Sequence record: NC_101842.1
Length of the DNA stretch: 64,000 nt
From: a phage
Strand: one strand, 5' to 3'
The notes below the pieces were generated by a model. That model saw only the letters and a list, made by a program, of their open reading frames with translations. It had not been told where the DNA came from and made no database searches. The position numbers and the translations under genes are program-made. Positions within the stretch are counted from its first letter, which is position 1. Each line of letters starts with the position of its first letter. Below are positions 18,404-28,429 of this stretch, piece by piece.

Positions 18404-18441
18404 GTTGGGACTCCTTTCAGATTGAGATGTGCCAAGTACTT

Positions 18442-18792
18442 TTACTGCAACAGTTTTTCAATAGCCGCTTCCATGCTGCTTGCAACAGCCTGAACTCGGA
18501 TATTCATCTCTTCTTGGTGGATCAGCTCCTTAAGCTCTTTAATGGTAAATTCTTTAGAGAAACCTTCCACCATAATCTTGTGCAAGGCTTCTTGCGTGTC
18601 TACTTGCAAGAACTTTTCCAGTTTGTTGGCAGAGGCTTCTAAATCAGCCCGAATACGAGGGTCATCTGTGCGATTCAGCATTAGGCGTAAGCCATCAAGA
18701 TTAGTAGAAATAGCATCTGCATGTTGAGTAACTAACCGTGGCAAAATGAGATCTACAAACTTATTAGCCAAATCGATACGTTCTTGTGTCAC
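18442..18792 (-). CDS. hypothetical protein (GTG start)
   Basis: ORF track; small Lys-rich upstream ORF ends with GTGA overlap. Confidence 0.4.
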   Translation of the reverse strand: MTQERIDLANKFVDLILPRLVTQHADAISTNLDGLRLMLNRTDDPRIRADLEASANKLEKFLQVDTQEALHKIMVEGFSKEFTIKELKELIHQEEMNIRVQAVASSMEAAIEKLLQ

Positions 18793-18964
18793 TGTTGCAC
18801 CCCCTCTTCATCTTCATGATGTTTATTTTCACGCTTGTGTTTTTTCTTAAGCTCAAGCGCAATCTCTTTCTTGTACGCCTTCTTCAAGGCTTTTTTAGCC
18901 ATTTGGCACCTCCTCTGCTTTCATTACGACAATTATAACCGACTTAACAAAGCTTTGTCAACGA

Positions 18965-19438
18965 TTAGTCAACCTGAACCCAACCATCTGCTACCTTTTT
19001 AAACATTCTTTGGTTATCACTGCCTCTAAAGGGTTTTTTGGTGGGGTTATCTTTTTCGTACTTACCGTCCATAATGTAATCAACACTATCTTTAATGTAA
19101 TCGGGGACTTCTTCAAACAAATACCCTGTGTACACCCAGATAGTTTTTGTGTTGCCGAAGCGTTCACGGATAGCGCAAATGATTGAATACATACCATCAA
19201 TATTGTAAGGTGCTAAAGGCTCTCCACCGCATAATGTAACGCCGGTAATATGGTTTGGTTCTATAGAGCTAAGTATGCTCTCGATTGTGTCATTTGTTAA
19301 CGGTTCCCCTTTAGCGGGGGACCAAACACTTTTGTTTTGGCAACCGACGCAGTGATGTGGACAACCAGAACAGAACACCGTTGTCCTGATACCTGGGCCG
19401 TCAACCATGCTACACTCTATAATATTGACAACATTCAT
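18965..19438 (-). CDS. nrdG: anaerobic ribonucleotide reductase activating protein (radical SAM)
   Basis: Cys cluster FCSGCPHHCVGC near N-terminus; about 157 aa; adjacent to nrdD. Confidence 0.75.
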   Translation of the reverse strand: MNVVNIIECSMVDGPGIRTTVFCSGCPHHCVGCQNKSVWSPAKGEPLTNDTIESILSSIEPNHITGVTLCGGEPLAPYNIDGMYSIICAIRERFGNTKTIWVYTGYLFEEVPDYIKDSVDYIMDGKYEKDNPTKKPFRGSDNQRMFKKVADGWVQVD

Positions 19439-19671
19439 TCCTTACCCTCTTTGAGATAGGGATATTCAGGCCCACAATAAGCTCTATCTAAGAAAACAGC
19501 TTCTTCCCCTCTGGAATCAGTAGATCTATAATACCCATCACCCTGGTAACTAACGAACCAGTAGCACCCATCATTACTTTCTACTGTTGTGGCTCTGTCC
19601 GAATGAAAGATAATTTCGTAATCCTTACCGAATGTAAACCATCTGTTAGCTTTTACACAGACACCTATCAT
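19435..19671 (-). CDS. hypothetical protein (78 aa)
   Basis: ORF track; ATGA overlap with nrdG. Confidence 0.4.
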   Translation of the reverse strand: MIGVCVKANRWFTFGKDYEIIFHSDRATTVESNDGCYWFVSYQGDGYYRSTDSRGEEAVFLDRAYCGPEYPYLKEGKE

Positions 19672-19822
19672 AAGGAACCTCTCTTCTGTGGTGTGCTTCT
19701 ATTCAAGATAAACTTATAAAAGTCCATTTGATGAAGCCGTATAACTTTTTATACTTACGCTTCAGTGCTAACAATTTTATCTTGATTTTCTTGATAGATT
19801 TCCGCATTTCGACCCCTTATGC

Positions 19823-19939
19823 TTATAAGTACTCCGCATCGCATTCAGGGCAATGCCAAATAAAATCGTCCAGTGCCTTGCACCAACGAAGATTGCAATG
19901 ACAGCCGCACTTGCAAATTTTATAAATACCTGTAGACAT
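19823..19939 (-). CDS. putative 38-aa Cys-rich zinc-ribbon peptide
   Basis: hand-translated MSTGIYKICKCGCHCNLRWCKALDDFIWHCPECDAEYL; strong RBS aggaggtg; between nrdD and nrdG. Confidence 0.35.
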   Translation of the reverse strand: MSTGIYKICKCGCHCNLRWCKALDDFIWHCPECDAEYL

Positions 19940-20008
19940 ACTGCACCTCCTACTCCTAGCTCACTGTGTGTCAATAATATGCCACATCCTTGTGGCTTTT
20001 GTCAAGTA

Positions 20009-22132
20009 TCAGCAACCACAACTTCCGTAGTGCTTAACTCGCTCGATAACTTCCGCTTGCTTACCTTTATTGTAAGGACGAGAGTTAGGACTGGAAAGGT
20101 ATCCAGACACACGTCGAATTACGCTGATCGTTCCCTCTTCATGGTTTCCACACTCTGGGCATACAAAGCCTTTAGCTGTTGCACTGAACTCACCAGAGAA
20201 ACCACACTTGAGACATTTATCCACAGGCTGGTTGATACCAAAATACATAATGTGTTTATATCCGAAATCAACAAGAGCTTCCAAAGCATCTAAGTTGTTT
20301 TTCAGATTTGGTGTCTCTACGTATCCGATGTTGCCACCAGAGGAGATCATAGCAAAACCTTCCTCATACTCCCACTTATCAAAAGGAGAGCTATTGATCC
20401 ATACTGGCTGATGGAAACTGTTGGTGAGATATTCATGCTCGTGCTTCAACACTTCAGGATATTCACGATCCAGACAGGTTGCAGCTTTATAGCATAGACT
20501 CTCAGAAGGGGTGCCGTACAAGCTAAACGCTAGTCTACTTTCCTTCTTGTATCTCTCACAAGCATCTCTCATGTGCTGAAGTATTCCAAGAGCTAAAGCC
20601 TTGTCACCCTCCCTGCCCAAAATCTGACAGGTTTCATACACACCAATATACCCAATACTGATGGAAGCGTACCCGTCGTAGAAGAGTTTATCAATACTCT
20701 CTTCAGGGTCCAGGCGAGCAAGAGCGCCTTCACACCACATGATAGGGTTCTGCCCTGCCTTTGTCCCTTTTAGACGATTAACCCTTACAAGGTGAGCCTC
20801 GTATGCAAGATCCAGGTATTCGTCAAGAACTGCAAAGAAATCAACACCTTCCGTTTTAGCTTTTGCCGCAATCATTGGCAGATTAAGGCTAACAACGCCT
20901 AAGTTAAATCTGCCAAGGTATTTCTCCTCGCCTGTTTCCAAGTCATTGTATTTGCTAAGAAAACTCCGGCAACCCATGCTCGTTACTTTACCATCTGTCG
21001 AGCCTGTCACTTTACGATTTAGTGGAACAGAAACAAAGTCAGGATAAATCCGCTCTGCAGAGCATTCCAGAGCTAATCGTTTCAAATCATAGTTAGGATC
21101 TCCAGGGTTCATGTTGACACCCTCTTCTAGGAAGAACAACACTTTAGGGAACACAGGTGTGATACGTTCTTCACCAAGACCCATTTTGTGGACTTTCAAG
21201 TAGTTTTTGGTAATCATTCTACCAAAGACTGAGGTGTCCAGACCTAAACTTAATGTGATGAATGGGGTTTGCCCGTTGACAGAAGTTAACGTATTGATTT
21301 GATAGAGTAAAGTCTGCATGCTGTCAAATACGTCTTTATCTGTCATCTGCATTGCAACAGTCTCAGCATCTGGCAACCAATGTTCCTGGCAAAATTTAAG
21401 GTTCTTCTCATAAGTCGCCTCAGCATACTGTGCCAGATAATGATCAATATGGCTCATAGTCTGACCCCCATATTGAGCACTAGCTACCGCACTAGAGATT
21501 TGGCTAAGGATTGTTGTTGCAACCCCTATTGACTTCGGCTTACTGACATGGGCGTTACCAATGTTGAATCCGTTTTCCAACATATCTGGATAATTTACCA
21601 AACAACAGTTTGTTAACGGACTGATCAAGTAGTCAAGATCATGCACATGGATGAAGCCTTTATTGTGCTCTTCTGAGACACGGTCTGGCAGGATCTGTGT
21701 TGATGCAAGGTGTTTGCTAAGGATGCCTGCAAGCAGGTCACGATGAGTGTGTACATGATTGGTAGGCTTATTTGCGTTTTCTTTTGTAAATTCATCACAA
21801 GTTCGATCCAAGAAGCCACTAATATCTGCAAGCAGTTTTCCACCTGCCTCTCTGTTATTATCTCTTGTCTGTCTATACTGGATGTATTCTCTGGCTGCAC
21901 ATTTTAAACCCATATCCATAAGAGCATCTTCAACAAGGATATGGATATTTTTTACAGAGATCGTGCACTGGTCGGTTGGTAGATTGTTAGCAACAACTTC
22001 ATTAACCGCACAAGCGATCCGGTAAGCTTCTTCTTCAGTATGTCCAGACTCAAGTAAGGCGGACTCTGCCGCCTTGATCACCTTAATTCCGTTATAGAAC
22101 TCTTCTCTACCGTCCCGTTTTACAACTTTCAC
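20009..22132 (-). CDS. nrdD: anaerobic ribonucleoside-triphosphate reductase (class III)
   Basis: N-terminal ATP-cone (MKVVKRDG), C-terminal glycyl-radical motif RRVSGY and Cys zinc ribbon; 707 aa. Confidence 0.85.
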   Translation of the reverse strand: MKVVKRDGREEFYNGIKVIKAAESALLESGHTEEEAYRIACAVNEVVANNLPTDQCTISVKNIHILVEDALMDMGLKCAAREYIQYRQTRDNNREAGGKLLADISGFLDRTCDEFTKENANKPTNHVHTHRDLLAGILSKHLASTQILPDRVSEEHNKGFIHVHDLDYLISPLTNCCLVNYPDMLENGFNIGNAHVSKPKSIGVATTILSQISSAVASAQYGGQTMSHIDHYLAQYAEATYEKNLKFCQEHWLPDAETVAMQMTDKDVFDSMQTLLYQINTLTSVNGQTPFITLSLGLDTSVFGRMITKNYLKVHKMGLGEERITPVFPKVLFFLEEGVNMNPGDPNYDLKRLALECSAERIYPDFVSVPLNRKVTGSTDGKVTSMGCRSFLSKYNDLETGEEKYLGRFNLGVVSLNLPMIAAKAKTEGVDFFAVLDEYLDLAYEAHLVRVNRLKGTKAGQNPIMWCEGALARLDPEESIDKLFYDGYASISIGYIGVYETCQILGREGDKALALGILQHMRDACERYKKESRLAFSLYGTPSESLCYKAATCLDREYPEVLKHEHEYLTNSFHQPVWINSSPFDKWEYEEGFAMISSGGNIGYVETPNLKNNLDALEALVDFGYKHIMYFGINQPVDKCLKCGFSGEFSATAKGFVCPECGNHEEGTISVIRRVSGYLSSPNSRPYNKGKQAEVIERVKHYGSCGC

Positions 22133-22407
22133 TTTTTCTCTCCAAAACCATTCTTAACAAAAGAGATGAAATCGTCGGCACCGCCTATATGGATACTGTC
22201 AAGATCGCTTTCTAAGAAGATCTGCGGCAACGTTCTGGGGACGATTGGACTACACTTCTCAATAAGCTCTTCTTTTGTGTATCCCTCGCCAAGTGTCTTA
22301 TATACAAAAGGCAGACCTTTGCTGATTGCAAATTCTTTTGCTCTGACACAATGTGGGCAGTTATCCTTACCGTAAATGATGATGAAAAAAGATTTTTCGC
22401 AGCTCAT
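22129..22407 (-). CDS. glutaredoxin-like redoxin (CPHC)
   Basis: NCPHCVRAKEF, TLPQIF, HIGGADDF resemble T4 NrdC-type redoxin. Confidence 0.75.
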   Translation of the reverse strand: MSCEKSFFIIIYGKDNCPHCVRAKEFAISKGLPFVYKTLGEGYTKEELIEKCSPIVPRTLPQIFLESDLDSIHIGGADDFISFVKNGFGEKK

Positions 22408-22410
22408 ATA

Positions 22411-23499
22411 TTAAAACTCCCAAATTTCTTCTTCAGCGTCGTTAACAGTTGTGTTGACGCGGTAGTCAGTGTTCGACATTTCTTGGTTCGCCGTCTGTTG
22501 CAATGAAGGTTTCATCCACACCTGCATAAACGGTAGCGGGTCCTTTGTTGGCGGCACAAAGTCTTTGTCGATGTCGTAGTAATCATAAATCGGTGAACAG
22601 TTATAGTCAACCCATTCTTTAAGCAACGGTGAGTTAAGACCTATAATCGCTCTTCCTTCGCTGAAAATATAGTCACTCCAACCGTACTCTTTGGTTCGTA
22701 CTTCATCAAGAATCTCTTTTAACTCCCCTTTTATCTCCAGGAAGCTTTTCTCCCATGCGGGATCGTTAAGCAAGATATCAATGATGGCAAAATCACCTTT
22801 CGAATGTAGCATTTCGTCAAGCATGATTTTTTGAACAAGCTGCGCCACCTGAACAAAAATACCCTGTTCAGCTACTGCGAAAGTGCATGCAAAACTTGCA
22901 ATAAACTCAATACTTTCCAGGGCTAAAAGTGCAAAAAGCGCTCTAAGAATGCATTTCCGCACAATATCTTCTTCAACACTAGAAGGATCCAGTCGGTATT
23001 TTGCACCAATAACCTCAAGCTCTTGCATGTATTTGACAATAACGCCAGATCTGCTCAGAACGTTTTGGTTTTCCTGAATCTCTTCTATAATCTCACGGGC
23101 ATTGGGGAGGCATTGTCTAACAATCTCTGAGTAAGTTAGTGCGTGAAGAACTTCAATCTCTGACTGTTTCATCAATAGAGTGAAAAGCTCACTATTAGTG
23201 ATGAATGGTGAAAAGAGGCAGATGATCGATCTTGCCGCAACGCTATCAGCCTCCCATTGCCACATCAAGGTCTGCACCATCACGTCATAAGTTGACTTTG
23301 AGCATGTTACAAAATCTGAAATAGATTGCGACAAATCCACTTCATCCTCTGCCCAATCTTGCTCTTTTTGTTTTTTGTATAGTTCAAACAGTTGTGGATA
23401 TTTTTTGTTGATAGAGTCGTACATACCCATTTGCTGTCCCAGAAACAGCGGATAGTCACCAGTTTTATGAGCGGTGTTCTCAGCATTAAATACAGCCAT
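22411..23499 (-). CDS. nrdB: ribonucleotide reductase class Ia beta subunit
   Basis: ferritin-like R2 pattern; start refined to MAVFNAENT at RBS. Confidence 0.8.
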   Translation of the reverse strand: MAVFNAENTAHKTGDYPLFLGQQMGMYDSINKKYPQLFELYKKQKEQDWAEDEVDLSQSISDFVTCSKSTYDVMVQTLMWQWEADSVAARSIICLFSPFITNSELFTLLMKQSEIEVLHALTYSEIVRQCLPNAREIIEEIQENQNVLSRSGVIVKYMQELEVIGAKYRLDPSSVEEDIVRKCILRALFALLALESIEFIASFACTFAVAEQGIFVQVAQLVQKIMLDEMLHSKGDFAIIDILLNDPAWEKSFLEIKGELKEILDEVRTKEYGWSDYIFSEGRAIIGLNSPLLKEWVDYNCSPIYDYYDIDKDFVPPTKDPLPFMQVWMKPSLQQTANQEMSNTDYRVNTTVNDAEEEIWEF

Positions 23500-23537
23500 T
23501 ATTCTACCTCTAAAATGGGGCCGAAGCCCCTTTAAAA

Positions 23538-25853
23538 TTATAGTGCACAGCTTTCGCAATACGGATCTTCAACTGAACTATCTGCAATCAAAGGATAGTT
23601 CTTTCTGGTTTCATCTTCAGCCTGTTTCTTGGCATGAAGTTCCTCTGCCAAGGAGTCACCAGCACCAACCCTAGAGTTTAAATAATACCATGTCTTCATC
23701 CCGAATTTAGTGGCACGGATAAGGTACCCTAGCTGCTCCTTCATTGAAATTTTACCATCTTTCAACTTGGTGTAGTCTATGTATAAATCCGCGCTGATTG
23801 CCTGACCTGTGAATTTTTGAATCACAGCATACATATCGATCATGTCGTTAGTATCAACGTCCCAAGCCGAAGTGTAATACTCTTTCAACTCATCGTATTC
23901 AGGAACGATAAACAGCACCTGCCCTTGTGGCGACTTTTTAAAGATAATGTGCTCACGGACAGGATAAACCCCGTTAGTGGTGTTTGTTGCCAGCGAAGAG
24001 CTTTCATTAGGCATATATGCTTCAAGAACGCTATTACGTAGCCCACCATTTTCAATGATTTCTTTACGTAACCCTTCCCAATCCTGTTTAAGAGAAGGAT
24101 CTTTCACCACACTATCGACCTCTTTGTTATAAGTGTCGATTGGTAACCAACCTTCTGGATATTTTGTTTTATACATCCACTCGCAGACACCACGCTCTTT
24201 TGCCAACCGTAAACTTGCCTTATGCAAGCTGTAGCTGTGAAGTTCTGCAAGATCGTGAACAAGCTGTTTACTTTCAGGAGATCCGTAAGTAACCTTGTGG
24301 CTGGCAATAAAATGTGCAACATTGGTAAGGCCAACCCCGATGGATCTGCGTTTTTTAACAGTACTCTCCATGTTTTCATACGGATATGTCATGATTTCCA
24401 TAACATTGTCAATCATAAGCACCGTGTAGTATGCAACATCCTCATACTCCTCTGGGGTAACCCTTCCAGCTACAAGAGATGACAGGAAGCACAATGCAAC
24501 CTCACCATCATCAACATCGTACTTGAAGATATTACGCATATCTGAATAGCCTTTTGTCGGGAGGGCTATTTCTGCACACAGGTTGCTTGAATAGATCACA
24601 TCTTTAAAAGGTGTATGTCTATTCATCTCATCTGTCCAGTATACGTACAGCCTTCCCACCTCAGTACGCTGCGTGATCAGCTCAACAGCAAGATCTCTAG
24701 CCCGGATCCATGTCTTAGGAATACTGTCATCTTTAGCAATACGCTCAACCTCTGCATCGAACTCCTCCATAGACATGGTGAAGATACCCTCATGCAGTTG
24801 AGGAGCGTGCTTATAAGAAACAAGCATCCAATCTAAATTCTTAGCCACACGGTTGATAAACGACCTATTAATACCGATGGAGTAGTCCATGGTGTTGATT
24901 CTTTTTGAAGCAACAGTCATAGGGTTTCTCAAACGGATTAGCTCATCAATCTGCGGGTCCAGTGCAAGGAATGATACTGTTGCAGAACCGCCACGTGATT
25001 GTTGTCTGTTCTCCTTAACACCAGCATCAATACCTCGATAATATGGAATCTTACCCATGTGTTTAATAGTGTTACCGCGAACACCATCACCTGCAGATCT
25101 TGATGATAAATAGTAGCCGATACCTGCTTGGTTAACCGTCATTGTGTACGCAACTTCACGTGCCACACCAATAGATTTTGCTGTATCGTCAGCTTTTATT
25201 ACACAACAAGATGCATACCCTGTCTTACCTGTGCGCAGCCCGTTTAAGTACGGTGTCGGGGCATTGATCTTTAAGTCGGACAGATAAGTGTATAATTTTA
25301 CAACATCGTTGATACGACGTTCTTTCGGCATATTCTTCATGACAGCCATTGCTATCCCCATAAACATCATCTGGGGAGATTCAAACAAGGTGTCTTTAAG
25401 AGTATCCTTGATCCCGTATTTGTCGCGAAACTGTTTAAGGACTGCATAGCCATAACCGAGATCTTTACTGTGGTCAATAACAGCGTCTAAAGTGTTTAGC
25501 TCGGTAAAGCTATATCCCATATCCTCCCAATACCCTTTCTCAACCATGTCGTTGTAAAATGATGGTAAGGAAGGGATCTTTGTAAACCCTCCAAAAGCCT
25601 CTTTATAAATCTGACCAATAAGAACACGACCAGCCATACGGGAATGTGCTTCGTCTTTACGGCTAACACAGGAGTCTATGATAGCTTGGTTAACTTCTTT
25701 GGTTGTACATCCATCATACAGTCGTTTGTATGCATCCAGTGCAATATGTGACCAATTGCCGTTACCGTCGTCACCGAAAATAGCTGCCTTATTTAAACGT
25801 TCTGGATCGAATGCCACTTCACATCCGTTGCTTTTAATTACCTTGGTGATCAA
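23538..25853 (-). CDS. nrdA: ribonucleotide reductase class Ia alpha subunit
   Basis: ATP-cone (VIKSNG), 771 aa, C-terminal Cys pair. Confidence 0.85.
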   Translation of the reverse strand: MITKVIKSNGCEVAFDPERLNKAAIFGDDGNGNWSHIALDAYKRLYDGCTTKEVNQAIIDSCVSRKDEAHSRMAGRVLIGQIYKEAFGGFTKIPSLPSFYNDMVEKGYWEDMGYSFTELNTLDAVIDHSKDLGYGYAVLKQFRDKYGIKDTLKDTLFESPQMMFMGIAMAVMKNMPKERRINDVVKLYTYLSDLKINAPTPYLNGLRTGKTGYASCCVIKADDTAKSIGVAREVAYTMTVNQAGIGYYLSSRSAGDGVRGNTIKHMGKIPYYRGIDAGVKENRQQSRGGSATVSFLALDPQIDELIRLRNPMTVASKRINTMDYSIGINRSFINRVAKNLDWMLVSYKHAPQLHEGIFTMSMEEFDAEVERIAKDDSIPKTWIRARDLAVELITQRTEVGRLYVYWTDEMNRHTPFKDVIYSSNLCAEIALPTKGYSDMRNIFKYDVDDGEVALCFLSSLVAGRVTPEEYEDVAYYTVLMIDNVMEIMTYPYENMESTVKKRRSIGVGLTNVAHFIASHKVTYGSPESKQLVHDLAELHSYSLHKASLRLAKERGVCEWMYKTKYPEGWLPIDTYNKEVDSVVKDPSLKQDWEGLRKEIIENGGLRNSVLEAYMPNESSSLATNTTNGVYPVREHIIFKKSPQGQVLFIVPEYDELKEYYTSAWDVDTNDMIDMYAVIQKFTGQAISADLYIDYTKLKDGKISMKEQLGYLIRATKFGMKTWYYLNSRVGAGDSLAEELHAKKQAEDETRKNYPLIADSSVEDPYCESCAL

Positions 25854-26080
25854 TTTGCTTCCTCCACTTCATCAACGTATTTATCAAGGCAGGTATCAGT
25901 ATCTTGCTGGATAAAGGTATCCTCTTCTACAGAGATATTTATAATTTTGCCTGTATACTCGTCATAATAAACATCATCATACATTTTAATATCGTTTGTC
26001 AGGCCGTTGAACCAAAGCCAACCAACATACTCTGACCGACTTGCAAAACCAAGATCCTTCCACTTGGAGTTATGACTCAT
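25850..26080 (-). CDS. hypothetical protein (start refined to MSHNSKW at aggtgg RBS)
   Basis: ORF track with refined start. Confidence 0.35.
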   Translation of the reverse strand: MSHNSKWKDLGFASRSEYVGWLWFNGLTNDIKMYDDVYYDEYTGKIINISVEEDTFIQQDTDTCLDKYVDEVEEAN

Positions 26081-26090
26081 CTTCACCACC

Positions 26091-26564
26091 TTAGCTTTCA
26101 ATACCGAATAATTTTTCCAGGCGATGCAGATCTTCAAAATTGAAAGGTTCATCAACAATATGAATATCTTCAGCCTTTTCAGATTGTTTTGTATACTTTC
26201 TTACATTAACACGATCCTCTACAGGAATATCATACGGAAGATCTTGAACAAGCATTGCCTCACCAGGTGCTTTATCCACATCTAAAATATCTACACCGTT
26301 ATACATTTGCGGGTATCTAAAGTCTGCACGCATGACACCAGCAAATACATCTGCCTTTCGATAATGTGTTGGCTTATTTTTGCATCGAACGTTTTTTCCA
26401 CGAAGAACATCAATACTTTTTAAATCAAACCCTACGGCAAAGAGTGCAGCTCGGAGACCGTTTCGTGTGCGAACGTTAAACCCGGGAACGGTAGATAGGA
26501 AATCCAAAGTAACTGAAATAAATGTCTTTTTAGGAATCATAACATTACTCATATCTGTCTCCAT
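26091..26564 (-). CDS. hypothetical protein (start uncertain)
   Basis: ORF track; ggtgag SD-like sequence before internal Met. Confidence 0.4.
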   Translation of the reverse strand: METDMSNVMIPKKTFISVTLDFLSTVPGFNVRTRNGLRAALFAVGFDLKSIDVLRGKNVRCKNKPTHYRKADVFAGVMRADFRYPQMYNGVDILDVDKAPGEAMLVQDLPYDIPVEDRVNVRKYTKQSEKAEDIHIVDEPFNFEDLHRLEKLFGIES

Positions 26565-26650
26565 TTCTGGCTCACCAACAAAGTGAGCCATTATTATAGA
26601 TTATCTAATACTATTAGTCAACACAAAAGTTACCTATCGCTGTGATAGGA

Positions 26651-27634
26651 TTAACCTTTCACGAAGTGGTTATTAAGCAGTTGTCTGTGCTGAACCCACC
26701 CACAAAAGTTGGCAGACCAGAATTTACCATCACGGTCTTGATGGGTTACACCTTCCTGCCAAGTACTGATGTCTTGTGTGATTTCACATGAAGACAGGTA
26801 GTAGTTTAAACGTTCCATTGCGTTATCGTGATCCATAGGTGTTGCCTGGTGCTCGTAAGGGCTTGCATGAATACGATCCCCACCAATCAATTTTTTAGCC
26901 ACACTGTCTGCCTTTTCAAACGTGCTGTCAATATTTCGATAAGATACTTGTGCACAGCAACTAGCACTGATAGACAGAGCTTCTTTAGTATCGAGAATGC
27001 AGAGCTTTCCTTCTGTGTCACGTACAGCGTAGTTAAACTCCCCGTCCAAATAAACGTGCTCTACATATGGAGTGTGCCATTGACCCGGTTTAAGGATTTC
27101 AGGAGTGCTATTCACAAGAGCCTCCCACATACAATTAGCTAACATCTGAATCGTAGGATCCGCATCGTGCCAGCAACGGAGGTGGAAAAAATTATTCCAC
27201 TCGGTGCTTGTTACAACTGTTTTCATGCGCTGAAAAGGCTCCACTAAGCGGTTACATACTTGCTTATGGTAACCAGCAAGGGCAAACTTCTCTGCATGCC
27301 AAGCGGCGTTTTTTGCAGCTTCTTTCCAAAACTCTTCCGGAGTTAGCTCCATATCAGTGTACTCTACACGGATCTTTTGATCGTGTTCCCCACCATCTTC
27401 CATTCCTCGCTTATTTACACCGAAGCGAACTGGCATTGCCGGATTCTCCACAATCTGTTGCAGCATCTTTCCGACAGGCACTGCACGGGAAGACATGGCG
27501 TTTCGGCTGAACACTCGGTGCGTCATAAGCTCTGAGTGAATAATTCGAGGATACTCTAGCTCAAAAGTGGTGATGCGCTTACCTTTCTCGGAAATGCTGT
27601 CAGCAATGATCTTTGCAGTGCACAGTTTTAGCAT
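26651..27634 (-). CDS. thyX: flavin-dependent thymidylate synthase ThyX-like, with C-terminal extension
   Basis: THRVFSRNAMSSR matches ThyX RHR-x7-S signature; 327 aa is longer than typical. Confidence 0.7.
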   Translation of the reverse strand: MLKLCTAKIIADSISEKGKRITTFELEYPRIIHSELMTHRVFSRNAMSSRAVPVGKMLQQIVENPAMPVRFGVNKRGMEDGGEHDQKIRVEYTDMELTPEEFWKEAAKNAAWHAEKFALAGYHKQVCNRLVEPFQRMKTVVTSTEWNNFFHLRCWHDADPTIQMLANCMWEALVNSTPEILKPGQWHTPYVEHVYLDGEFNYAVRDTEGKLCILDTKEALSISASCCAQVSYRNIDSTFEKADSVAKKLIGGDRIHASPYEHQATPMDHDNAMERLNYYLSSCEITQDISTWQEGVTHQDRDGKFWSANFCGWVQHRQLLNNHFVKG

Positions 27635-27834
27635 TATTTAGCTCTCCTTGTTTTAATTTTGGAAATTTCGTCTGGGTTTATGTTGGCCTTAAATGCAAGG
27701 TATCTGTTGAACATATCGGAGCACATGTCTTGGGTGATCCTGGAGGCATACACCAGCTTACCTCCCAGATCATACACCTCTAGCCAGTCACCGTATCTGA
27801 CTACAGGATCGCCACCTTTAGAACATCTGCCCAT
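27634..27834 (-). CDS. hypothetical small protein (66 aa)
   Basis: ORF track. Confidence 0.4.
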   Translation of the reverse strand: MGRCSKGGDPVVRYGDWLEVYDLGGKLVYASRITQDMCSDMFNRYLAFKANINPDEISKIKTRRAK

Positions 27835-27835
27835 T

Positions 27836-28429
27836 TCAAATACCTTCTAAAAACTTTCCTATTTTATACCAGCTATTAGCGGTATAGTCAACACTGACCT
27901 TTAACTCCTCAAATTGCTCATAAGGCGTATCTTTTAGGATTTTAATAACTTCAGGGCGTGAAGCGAATTGGTTCAGGTATTCATGCCTGTCGTCAATTAT
28001 AACATCTACAGCCACATTTCCCTTGAAATGCGTGGCGTAGAAGCCGTGACCCTGGGTGTGATCGTCCAGATCCATAAAATCACTAGTCCAACGCTTTAAG
28101 AACCTTGATTTAGATGCAAGGTGACCTTTCTTGCATACCGAGATAAATGCAAGCTTGTGACCACGAGCCACCAAATCTTTCATAACCTCAATAGCCCCCT
28201 CTTCAGGCTTAAGAAAGTCGTAGAGGAACGGGTCACTCCAGAAATCAAAAGGCCCTATGATGTTTTCTTTGGGGCGATCAGGCCAATACTTTGACAGATC
28301 GTAATACATTAACCCATTAGAAGGTTTAGTGACTGTCTTACTGGCTGGACCATATAAACGCTCCAACCACTCCCACCATGCTGTTCCTGAATCTACCAGT
28401 GTCAAATCTACATCAATACCGATTAACAT
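27836..28429 (-). CDS. HAD-superfamily phosphatase (putative nucleotidase)
   Basis: N-terminal IGIDVDLTLVDS DxDxT motif. Confidence 0.55.
   Translation of the reverse strand: MLIGIDVDLTLVDSGTAWWEWLERLYGPASKTVTKPSNGLMYYDLSKYWPDRPKENIIGPFDFWSDPFLYDFLKPEEGAIEVMKDLVARGHKLAFISVCKKGHLASKSRFLKRWTSDFMDLDDHTQGHGFYATHFKGNVAVDVIIDDRHEYLNQFASRPEVIKILKDTPYEQFEELKVSVDYTANSWYKIGKFLEGI

Noticed and set aside
19853-20293. 146-aa plus-strand ORF
   Set aside because: Antisense to the nrdD 3' end and the Cys-rich mini-ORF region; no RBS and implausible composition.
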